Below, in pieces: positions 56,648 to 64,000 of a DNA stretch of 64,000 nt (its first letter is position 1; the number at the start of each line of letters is the position of its first letter). The notes under the pieces were generated by a model. The model saw only the letters and a list, made by a program, of their open reading frames with translations. It was not told where the DNA came from and did no database searches. The stretch is from Candidatus Anstonella stagnisolia. Lineage in GTDB: Archaea > Micrarchaeota > Micrarchaeia > Anstonellales > Anstonellaceae. The position numbers and the translations under genes are program-made. The stretch spans positions 156,179-220,178 of the forward strand of contig CABMCJ010000002.1 in assembly GCA_902384585.1 (NCBI GenBank), written 5' to 3'.

Positions 56648-56655
56648 TTTATAAA
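56648..56655 (-). promoter_or_regulatory. Candidate TATA box (TTTATAAA) of the 23S rRNA transcript
   Basis: TATA consensus about 350 nt upstream of the 23S, at the edge of a structured leader. Confidence 0.5.
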
Positions 56656-56709
56656 GGTATCGGGAGATTTTTGGGGCAGAAAGTCCTTTTCTGAAAAACG
56701 TTGGGATGT

Positions 56710-57084
56710 TTATTTTTTAGAGCTTACATTAATGTTTTGCAATCGATTCAAAACTTCCATTTTACTTGGGTATATTTCGCCATTATGCAAGGCATCTGAA
56801 GCCTCTTTCTTATTTATTACGTCCATAATGCTTAGATCTAGTCGGATGAGATTTTGAAGAATTTCTGATTTGGAAGAAATTTTGTACATTCGTGCTCTGC
56901 TGATTTTTCGTGTTATTGTTATGATTCCGAAATCTTCCAGATTTTTTAGTATTTCATCTGCTTGCTTCCAGCTGACTCCGCAGTATCTGGATACATCTGC
57001 CTTGGAAAAATCTACTTCTGGTTCTAGTACTAAATATTCCAGTACACGTATTGTTGCTGCGTTAGGTATAAACGTGGATATCAT
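56710..57084 (-). CDS. Winged-helix HTH protein
   Basis: IRVLEYL, FSKADVSRYCGVSW, LEDFGII..TRKISRARMYKI. Confidence 0.8.
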   Translation of the reverse strand: MISTFIPNAATIRVLEYLVLEPEVDFSKADVSRYCGVSWKQADEILKNLEDFGIITITRKISRARMYKISSKSEILQNLIRLDLSIMDVINKKEASDALHNGEIYPSKMEVLNRLQNINVSSKK

Positions 57085-57313
57085 GTTTATTTCTCCTTAA
57101 TGCCCGTAAAAATAAAAAAGGAAGTTGTGGGGAGGTTCAAGTTTAGCACGTGAGGTTATACATAGTTAAAGTTTATAAATATATGTGCTGTTCTGACAGA
57201 TATATTTATATGGTTTGTTGATATTATTATTTCGCACAGGACAGGCTAAAGGAAGTTGTTGGGGGGTGGGTTCAAGACAGCATACTTCCTAGCGACTTGT
57301 GTAGGAGGAAAAA

Positions 57314-57601
57314 ATGGAATTGAGAAAAATAATGGACGGAGATTGCGTGTCCATACTTCGCCGTTTGTACCTAAAAGGCGCAGTAAGGCAAGGACGAGGA
57401 GTCTGCCTGAGTGACCTATTACGCCCTGTATACGGACCAAAATGGGGACAATATAGGAATACTGTTGAAATGCTCTGGTGAATGGCACAATAGAAGCTGA
57501 AGGCAGTAGGTTTAGTCTTTGGGTATAAAACAAATGGAGTGCAACTCTACATAATAAACCCGAATATGATAGTAGAAATTCGTTCGATGATCGGCGTATA
57601 A
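57314..57601 (+). pseudogene. Probable winged-helix-like pseudogene with two in-frame stops
   Basis: AGGAGG RBS and ATG at 57314; frame is broken by TGA (57479) and TAG (57491), then continues KLKAVGLVFGYKTNGVQLYIINPN to TAA. Confidence 0.5.
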
Positions 57602-57660
57602 AGTGCGCCGATTTTTTCTTTTTTCGATAATCAGAGCAGGTAAAGATATGAGGTGATGAA

Positions 57661-57894
57661 GTGGTAAATTTCAGAAAAACAAGTTTGGACATAATAGATC
57701 TCGGAAAAATGATAATTGTTGCTGTACTCATGGTAGTAGTAGTTTATACTGTCATTTCGAATTTATTGAGCCAAGTTGTGGGCCAATTTCCAGGACAGAT
57801 AGCAGGGGGAATCATTAGTCTGGGGTCGCTTTATTACTATGCTGTAAAAACAAAAATTAAACAAGAGATTGATGACTGGTTAAAAAAGCAGTAA
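57661..57894 (+). CDS. Small two-TM membrane protein
   Basis: AGGTGA RBS; two hydrophobic helices. Confidence 0.65.
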   Translation: MVNFRKTSLDIIDLGKMIIVAVLMVVVVYTVISNLLSQVVGQFPGQIAGGIISLGSLYYYAVKTKIKQEIDDWLKKQ

Positions 57895-57907
57895 GCACAA
57901 TGCGACT

Positions 57908-58264
57908 TCATATCGCCATTTCCATCTCAATCTTCTTCGCCTTCGTGATTGGCTTTAGCCGAACCCGCCCGTTGTGCTTGGTTTCCTCAAAGGTGAGAAG
58001 CCCGAATTCCGAAAGGAGTTTCGCATCCACGGTGATGCTTTTGAAGTCGCGCTTGAGGAGCTTGGAGAGCGCGTAAAGGGATTTTGGCTTCTGGTTTTTA
58101 ACGGTGCTAAGAAGGCGCATGCGCTGCGCCGTTAGCACCTTGCGGAAATCCTCTATTGAATTGAAGTATATTATGTAATCCTCTTTTTGGGGAATGCTGT
58201 GTTCCACTGCGTAGATTGTCTCTTTGCGCACGCTTTCCCAGTCTTTTATTATGATTTTTGCCAT
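57908..58264 (-). CDS. HTH antitoxin-like protein (HVO_A0114/TumA type)
   Basis: IYFNSIEDFRKVLTAQRMRLL, PKSLYALSKLLKRDFKSITVD...GLL. Confidence 0.8.
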   Translation of the reverse strand: MAKIIIKDWESVRKETIYAVEHSIPQKEDYIIYFNSIEDFRKVLTAQRMRLLSTVKNQKPKSLYALSKLLKRDFKSITVDAKLLSEFGLLTFEETKHNGRVRLKPITKAKKIEMEMAI

Positions 58265-58273
58265 CCAAACCAC

Positions 58274-58573
58274 CTATTGCTTCAGCCCTATTTTTTTCTC
58301 ATATTCGGATTTTAGCTCGTCAAATTTTGCAAATGCCTGCTTCCAATCATAATCAACTTCATATTTTCTTTCCCCTATGTGCACGTGCGGCTGCCCGTGG
58401 GAATTTTCCACTGCGAACAGGGTTTCGTAAGCCCCGCTTTCTTCCACATAGCGCAGGTAACGGAACGTGTACATCACGCCATCCTTGTACCTCGTGTCGT
58501 CAAGCTCAATTACTTGCACCACTACCCTGTCCTTATTGGGCTGCTCAAATTTGAAGTCCCTGATTGTTTGCAT
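58274..58573 (-). CDS. DUF6516/TumE-like toxin
   Basis: Y.DG..Y.FRY, ENSHGQPHVH motif; directly upstream of the HTH antitoxin. Confidence 0.72.
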   Translation of the reverse strand: MQTIRDFKFEQPNKDRVVVQVIELDDTRYKDGVMYTFRYLRYVEESGAYETLFAVENSHGQPHVHIGERKYEVDYDWKQAFAKFDELKSEYEKKIGLKQ

Positions 58574-58603
58574 GCGAAACGCCTTCGCGCACGCCTGCAA
58601 CAG

Positions 58604-58626
58604 TATATGGTATGCGATACCATATA
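58604..58626. promoter_or_regulatory. Palindromic operator upstream of the toxin-antitoxin pair
   Basis: TATATGGTAT-GCG-ATACCATATA perfect 10-bp inverted repeat. Confidence 0.6.
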
Positions 58627-58751
58627 TATAATGGTTGCGGCACTCGCGCAAGGAAAAGGCGGAAAACGCAATAAAAACATTTGGAAGGTAACTTTCCTGT
58701 GGGTTTGCACGCCGCTTATTCATATACGCTTAAATAATACCTAAGAGAAAT

Positions 58752-59465
58752 ATGTATATGAAAATCTCAGTGCAACGCTCGGAGCAGAGAGGAAAAGCCG
58801 ACCATGGATGGCTGCACACAAAGCACAGCTTCAGCTTTGCGGACTACAACAACCCAAGGCGAGTGGGGTTTGGGAAACTCAAGGTAATTAACGAGGATGT
58901 AATAGAGGCAGGGCACGGGTTTGGGATGCATCCGCACACAAATATGGAAGTGATTACGATTATACTGGAAGGCTCACTTGAGCACAAGGACAGCGCGGGA
59001 AATGTGAGCGGAATTTCAGCAGGCAGCATACAAAGGATGAGTGTGGGAAGCGGCATCATGCATTCGGAATACAATTCTTCCAAAACAGAACCTGTGCATT
59101 TGCTGCAAATATGGGTTGAACCAAGGCAGATGAACATACCGCCAAACTATGAGCAAAAGGAAATAGAGCAGGAAAGGATGAGGAACAAATTGCTCACCGT
59201 ATTGTCCGGAAAGCGCATGAAGGGCGCGCTCCTCATAAACCAGGATGCGATTTTTAGGATGGGAAAGCTGGATGCTGGAGTGAAAGCGTCGTGCGAGGCA
59301 AGGCAGGACCGCGGGAGCTATGTATTTGTGATAAGCGGGAAAGTGAAAGTGGGAGAAGAACTATTGGAAACAGGTGATGCTGCGGAAATCCTTGAGGCGC
59401 AAAAAATCACAGTTGAAGCGCTTGAGGAGTCGCACGTTCTTGTAATGGAAGTCCCGATGGAATAA
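58752..59465 (+). CDS. Pirin family protein
   Basis: DHGWL...HSFSFA, GFGMHPH, HKDS.GN, GIMHSE.N, LQIW. Confidence 0.93.
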   Translation: MYMKISVQRSEQRGKADHGWLHTKHSFSFADYNNPRRVGFGKLKVINEDVIEAGHGFGMHPHTNMEVITIILEGSLEHKDSAGNVSGISAGSIQRMSVGSGIMHSEYNSSKTEPVHLLQIWVEPRQMNIPPNYEQKEIEQERMRNKLLTVLSGKRMKGALLINQDAIFRMGKLDAGVKASCEARQDRGSYVFVISGKVKVGEELLETGDAAEILEAQKITVEALEESHVLVMEVPME

Positions 59466-59466
59466 G

Positions 59467-60375
59467 TTAAGCCTTTCCGAGAAGATGCAGCATGAGCGCT
59501 TTTTGAACGTGCAGCCTGTTTTCTGCCTCTGCATAAATTGTGGATTGCGGGCCGTCTATTACGTCCGAGGTTACTTCTTTTCCTCTGTAAGCCGGAAGGT
59601 CGTGCATGAAGATTGCGTCTTTTTTTGCGGCGTGCATTGTGGCGGAATTCACTTGGAAGGGAAGGAAGAGTTGCATTCTTTTTTCTTTTTCCTCTTCTTG
59701 GCCCATTGAAACCCATGTGTCCGTGTATATTATGTCCGCGTCTTTTGCGGCTGAAAGAAGGTCGTGGGAAATTTTCACGGTGGAATGCGATTGCGCAAAT
59801 TTGAGATATTCTTTATTCACTGCGCATTCTTGCGGGCATGCGAGAGTAATGTCCATTCCTTCTAGTGCGCATGCACCCATGAGCGCGTTTGCGACATTGA
59901 AGCCGCAGTCGCCTGCAAATACGAATTTTGCGCCTGGGAAAAGCTTTCCGTTTTCCTTCATTGTGAGGAGAGCTGCGAGTGCCTGGCAGGGGTGGTCTAG
60001 GTCTGTGAGCGCATTTATTACGGGAGTGGAAGTTGCATTTGCAAGCTCCTCCAAGTCCGTGTGTTTGTGCAAGCGGGCTGCGATTATGTCGCAATAGCTG
60101 CCGAGGATTGCGCCTGTGTCTGAGAAAGGCTCGCCTCTTGAGAGCTGGGAAACTGAGGAGCTAAGCACTGTTGTCTGGCCGCCAAGCTGCGCCATTCCGA
60201 TTTGGAAAGATGCAAGAGTGCGCGTGGAGGGCTTTTCCATTAGGAGCGCAAGGGTTTTTCCTGCGAGGGAGAAATTTATTTTTCCACTTTTGTGCTCTTC
60301 CTTGAGCTTTGCAGCAAGCTGCAAAATTGAATGCAATTTTTCTTTGCTTATGTCGGTTATTTTTAGAAAATCCAT
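59467..60375 (-). CDS. argF: Ornithine carbamoyltransferase family protein
   Basis: KPSTRT, HPCQAL, TDTWVSMG, MHDLP, AENRLH. Confidence 0.9.
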   Translation of the reverse strand: MDFLKITDISKEKLHSILQLAAKLKEEHKSGKINFSLAGKTLALLMEKPSTRTLASFQIGMAQLGGQTTVLSSSVSQLSRGEPFSDTGAILGSYCDIIAARLHKHTDLEELANATSTPVINALTDLDHPCQALAALLTMKENGKLFPGAKFVFAGDCGFNVANALMGACALEGMDITLACPQECAVNKEYLKFAQSHSTVKISHDLLSAAKDADIIYTDTWVSMGQEEEKEKRMQLFLPFQVNSATMHAAKKDAIFMHDLPAYRGKEVTSDVIDGPQSTIYAEAENRLHVQKALMLHLLGKA

Positions 60376-60387
60376 AAGAAACGCCTG

Positions 60388-61239
60388 TTAATTCTTCACC
60401 ATCTTGGCTGCGTGCTGCACAATCTTTTTTGCAATGTCGATGCCCGATGCTTTTTGGCAGCCTGCGAATTCTGGGGTGGAGTTCACTTCCACTACGAGCA
60501 AGCCTTCTGGGGACTCTATCAAATCTATACCGAGGATTTGCTCGCCTCCAAAGAGAGAGGAAACTTTTGAGCAAATTTCAGAAAGCTCATTTGAAATTGG
60601 GCACGGGCTCACGCACGAGCCAAGGTGGTGGTTTGTCCTAAAGTCCCCATTTTCGCTCGTTCTGTAAATTGCGGCTGCAATCTCGTTCCCGCACACGAAG
60701 GCGCGTATGTCCCTTCCGGGCTTTTCTATGTACTGTTGCGTGTAGTATACCTTGTGCATGGGATTGGAAAGGTGCTCCTTGTATTCGAGCACTGCGCGCG
60801 CCGCATCCGAATCGTTTATTTTGTGCACAAGCCTTCCCCAGCTCCCTATTACGGGCTTTATCACGCAGGGGTAGGAGAGCGAGTCCATTGCGCTTTGCGC
60901 CATCTGGGAGGAAAAGGAAAGCATTGTTTTGGGTGAGGGGATGCCTGCCTTTGCAAGGTGCATGGAGCAGAGCGCCTTGTCGCCGCAAATTCTTATTGTT
61001 GCTGCGGAATTTATTGCGGTCTTTTGCAAGTATTCCATGTACTCGGAAACGTACAGGCTGTGCGAGTGGGAAATCGAGCGCATCAGGATGCAGTCTGGGA
61101 AATGCGCGGCATTTTCCCCAAGAGAGAGCTGCAGCTCGTTGTCGTTTATTTTTGCAAGCAGAATTCCTTCCTCTGTTGCCGCCCGCATGAGCTCTTTTGT
61201 CTCGAAGCTTATCTGGGAGTATACTAGTCCAAGTTCCAT
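60388..61239 (-). CDS. LysX/ArgX (RimK-family) ATP-grasp ligase
   Basis: CGDKA, KPVIGSWGRLV, YIEKPGRDIR, EVNSTPEF. Confidence 0.88.
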   Translation of the reverse strand: MELGLVYSQISFETKELMRAATEEGILLAKINDNELQLSLGENAAHFPDCILMRSISHSHSLYVSEYMEYLQKTAINSAATIRICGDKALCSMHLAKAGIPSPKTMLSFSSQMAQSAMDSLSYPCVIKPVIGSWGRLVHKINDSDAARAVLEYKEHLSNPMHKVYYTQQYIEKPGRDIRAFVCGNEIAAAIYRTSENGDFRTNHHLGSCVSPCPISNELSEICSKVSSLFGGEQILGIDLIESPEGLLVVEVNSTPEFAGCQKASGIDIAKKIVQHAAKMVKN

Positions 61240-61361
61240 ATATATCGTGGACTTCCTTGTGCAGGGAAAAGGGCTTTTAAATAGCGCTCAGAATTGAATA
61301 AAAATTGAGCAGGATGTTTAATTTTAAACATTTGCATCCAAAGTAGGCTGGAGTGAGAAAA

Positions 61362-61955
61362 ATGCCGAACTACGCATCGGAAATAAGGATGTATCTCAAG
61401 CAAAGGCCGATTCTTCTTCGCTACCTCAAGGAAGGCGCGATAAACTGCAGCAGCCTTGCAAGGGATATTGCAAGGGAGATTTACGGGGATAAAAAGGCAG
61501 AAGTTGCGGTAAGGGCTGCGCTTTTAAGGGAGGCGCAAAGAGGTGGGAGCTATGAAAAATCCGAAGAGGCTGCGGTGCGCGTTATCAGGGGCAGCACGCT
61601 GGAAGTGAGGACTGGGTTGTGCGTTGTGCTCTCAAAAAAGCCAGTAAACGTGCCCGTTGTGATTATTTCAACGAGCAAGAGCGGCATAATGTCCTTGGTG
61701 GAAGAGGGATATGCGGGAAAAATAAGGGAGTGCGACAAAGTGATACGCAACATGGACATGATTGCGATTTGTTCTGGGAAAAATATTGAGAACACGCCTG
61801 GAGTTGTATCTCTTATTTTGAATACGCTTGCGCAGGAGGGAATAAATGTTCCGGAGATTACCTCGTGCCACTATGATACGCTGCTTGTTGTGAATTCACA
61901 TGATACGCAAAAGGTTTTCGGGATTTTGCGCGAGATGATAAGGGGCAGGAATTAG
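61362..61955 (+). CDS. HTH plus ACT-domain protein, probable amino-acid-responsive regulator
   Basis: GAINCSSLAR N-terminus; ENTPGVV..I...LA.EGINV.EI.SC..D ACT motif. Confidence 0.8.
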   Translation: MPNYASEIRMYLKQRPILLRYLKEGAINCSSLARDIAREIYGDKKAEVAVRAALLREAQRGGSYEKSEEAAVRVIRGSTLEVRTGLCVVLSKKPVNVPVVIISTSKSGIMSLVEEGYAGKIRECDKVIRNMDMIAICSGKNIENTPGVVSLILNTLAQEGINVPEITSCHYDTLLVVNSHDTQKVFGILREMIRGRN

Positions 61956-62992
61956 GAAATGCGGAATTTCAGGATTGCCGCAAAGCCGCCGAAATTTGAA
62001 AGCTGCTTGCCTGGCTCTCCTTCCTCGGAAAAAATGAGGATTTTCACTTTCTTTTTCTCTGCAAGCTCAAGGAGGGTTTCTATTTCCTTTTTTGTGCGAA
62101 GCAGTTCGTCAAGCACAAGAAGCTGGGAGGCTGCGGAAAGTTCAAGAGCGCTCTTTACTGGGGCAAGACCGTATGCGCAAAGCCCATCATCCTTGTGCAA
62201 GTGGAGAAGGAAATCCTCAAGCAATTTCGCTTCCTGCTCTATTCTTTGTTCGCCTGCGACCTTGGAAACTACTCCCTTCTTGAGGAGCTCGTTTATGCCT
62301 GTTTTCTCTGCGTAAGAGCAGTTTTCCCACACTATTTTGGGAAGAAGAGGGGAATGCTTTCTTTCAAGCATTTTCTTGAGGTTCTCTTTTGCAAAGCCGG
62401 GACCGGCTACAATGAGTTTTTCCACCTTGTAGCTCTCAAGTTTTTTTTCTATTTCAGAGAAATATTTCTGCTGCTTTTCCTCGTATTTCTCGTCGCGCTT
62501 GCTTGCGGAATTCTCAAGCTCAAATTCGTATGCGACACCGTAGCCGCGAAGCGTTGCGAAGACTGCCTTTTCCTCATCCATCGCGCACAGCGCGATTTTG
62601 GGGCGCTTGCCCTCGGAAACTGCCTCTTCAAGGCGTTTTAGCTGGTGAGCTTTCCAAGTTTTTATTATGGAAAAGGGATAATGCAACTCCAAATCTATTG
62701 TGTGGTAGCTGCCTGCCTGTACGAATTCCTCTGGGGTGCCTGATTTTATTTTGCCGCTCACGCGAAGCCGATTTGTGAGCTTTGCGAACTCCACGCGCTC
62801 AACTGCAAGCTCCAAGTTCACTTCTTTTTTTTCTCCGGAATCGTCCGACCCTTCTACTTTGAAGCGCCTCCAGCTCTTTGCGCGAAGCACATCCCCTTCC
62901 TGGAGAATTCTCTCAACGTGCCAGAGGTCCTCTAGGGACTCGCATGTGAGTTTTATCTCTCCGGTTGCATAATCTTTCTTGAGGATGCGCAT
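61952..62992 (-). CDS. pelA: Pelota (aPelota/Dom34) mRNA surveillance protein
   Basis: ESLEDLW, RLRVSG.I, G.YHT, AGPGFAK, GKQL..FGG.AAILKF. Confidence 0.95.
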   Translation of the reverse strand: MRILKKDYATGEIKLTCESLEDLWHVERILQEGDVLRAKSWRRFKVEGSDDSGEKKEVNLELAVERVEFAKLTNRLRVSGKIKSGTPEEFVQAGSYHTIDLELHYPFSIIKTWKAHQLKRLEEAVSEGKRPKIALCAMDEEKAVFATLRGYGVAYEFELENSASKRDEKYEEKQQKYFSEIEKKLESYKVEKLIVAGPGFAKENLKKMLERKHSPLLPKIVWENCSYAEKTGINELLKKGVVSKVAGEQRIEQEAKLLEDFLLHLHKDDGLCAYGLAPVKSALELSAASQLLVLDELLRTKKEIETLLELAEKKKVKILIFSEEGEPGKQLSNFGGFAAILKFRIS

Positions 62993-63042
62993 GGAGGTAT
63001 TTTTCCTGCGGTGTTTTTAATTGCAGCGCGAGAAATAGATGC

Positions 63043-64000
63043 ATGTCAAGGATAGCGATTATAGACAAGGACAAGTGCACGCGCGAGAAGTGCGGATACA
63101 TATGCGTCAAAGTATGCCCTGGGGTGCTCATGGGGGACGAGACGGTTGTAATAGACAGCGAGGGCTGGCCGTTAATATCCGAGGAGCTTTGCACTGGGTG
63201 CGGGATATGCCCGAAAAAATGCCCGGTGGATGCAATTACGATAATTAACCTTGCGCAGGAGGTTGGGTGCCCTGTGCATTCGTATGGGGTAAATTCGTTT
63301 AGGCTGTATGGAAGGATGCCGCTTCCGCAGCAGGGAGTGGCGGGGTTCATTGGGAAGAACGGAATTGGGAAGAGCACTGCAATGAAAATGCTTGCGGGCA
63401 CCTTGCAAGCGAATTTTGGAAAAGTTGAGGCTGCGGAATTTAAGGGGCAGTACAAGCAGTCTGTTGAGGAAAGGCACTATTTCGAGAAGCTCGCATCGAA
63501 AAAAACAAAAGTGAGCTACAAGCCGCAAAACATAGACAAGATTGCGGAGGCGTTTTCTGGAAGCGTAAAGGAACTTTTGGAGAAGCTGGATGAGCGGAAA
63601 ATGCTTGGGAAATATGCAAAAATGCTTTCAATAGAAGGCATACTTGAGAGGCCTGTGAAGAACATTTCTGGAGGGGAATTGCAGCGCGTTGCGCTTGCGG
63701 GGGCGCTTTGCAAGGATGCGCAAATTTACTATTTTGACGAGCCTTCAAGCTACCTTGACATTGGGCAGAGATTGGTTGTTGCAAAACTTTTGAGGGAGCT
63801 TGCAAAAGAAAAGCAGGTATTTGTAATAGAGCATGACCTTGCTCTTTTTGACTATCTTACGGACTATGTGTACGTATTTTACGGGCAGGAGAATGCGTAC
63901 GGGGTTATGTCGGGCGTGAAAGCATCCAAAGCTGGCGTGGGCGAATTTTTGGGCGGGTACTTGAAGGCGGAAAATATGCGCTTTAGGAAAGAGGAGATAC
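63043..64000 (+). CDS. rli: ABCE1/Rli ribosome recycling ATPase, partial
   Basis: Own translation: MSRIAIIDKDKC...C...C.KVCP, LCTGCGICPKKCP, YGVNSFRLY, GKNGIGKST, SGGELQR, FDEPSSYLD. Confidence 0.95.
   Translation, partial: MSRIAIIDKDKCTREKCGYICVKVCPGVLMGDETVVIDSEGWPLISEELCTGCGICPKKCPVDAITIINLAQEVGCPVHSYGVNSFRLYGRMPLPQQGVAGFIGKNGIGKSTAMKMLAGTLQANFGKVEAAEFKGQYKQSVEERHYFEKLASKKTKVSYKPQNIDKIAEAFSGSVKELLEKLDERKMLGKYAKMLSIEGILERPVKNISGGELQRVALAGALCKDAQIYYFDEPSSYLDIGQRLVVAKLLRELAKEKQVFVIEHDLALFDYLTDYVYVFYGQENAYGVMSGVKASKAGVGEFLGGYLKAENMRFRKEEI

Noticed and set aside
57314-57601. Stop-codon reassignment or readthrough to explain the in-frame TGA and TAG
   Set aside because: TGA and TAG end many conserved genes in this window at the expected positions; a pseudogene is simpler

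Overview
Archaeal chromosomal segment; gene content and style suggest a Micrarchaeota/DPANN-type archaeon (inference). The window holds housekeeping genes (trpS, hisS, gltX, ileS, rfcS, eno, thermosome, scpAB, pelota, ABCE1, fni, cysK), a complete histidine operon (hisD, hisC-HAD fusion, hisB, hisG, hisH, hisA, hisF, hisIE), a CbiMNQO ECF transporter with a divergent NikR-family regulator, a membrane-anchored double-AAA ATPase and several surface proteins (two class III signal/LamG paralogs, PEGA, DUF4139). It also has a stand-alone minus-strand 23S rRNA gene bracketed by a bulge-helix-bulge (BHB) processing stem and interrupted by a 94-nt BHB intron in helix 89. Main leads: a strongly structured, possibly bistable RNA leader upstream of ileS; a lytic transglycosylase in an archaeon; the HisC-phosphatase fusion; an unlisted 39-aa all-Cys CDGSH variant; non-consensus peptidyl-transferase-centre bases; a radical SAM/nitrilase-fold/Lrp locus; and a small AT-rich island with a toxin-antitoxin pair. 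No CRISPR array, tRNA or transposase was seen. Start codons were moved from the ORF track where an RBS, gene overlap or domain boundary supports it.
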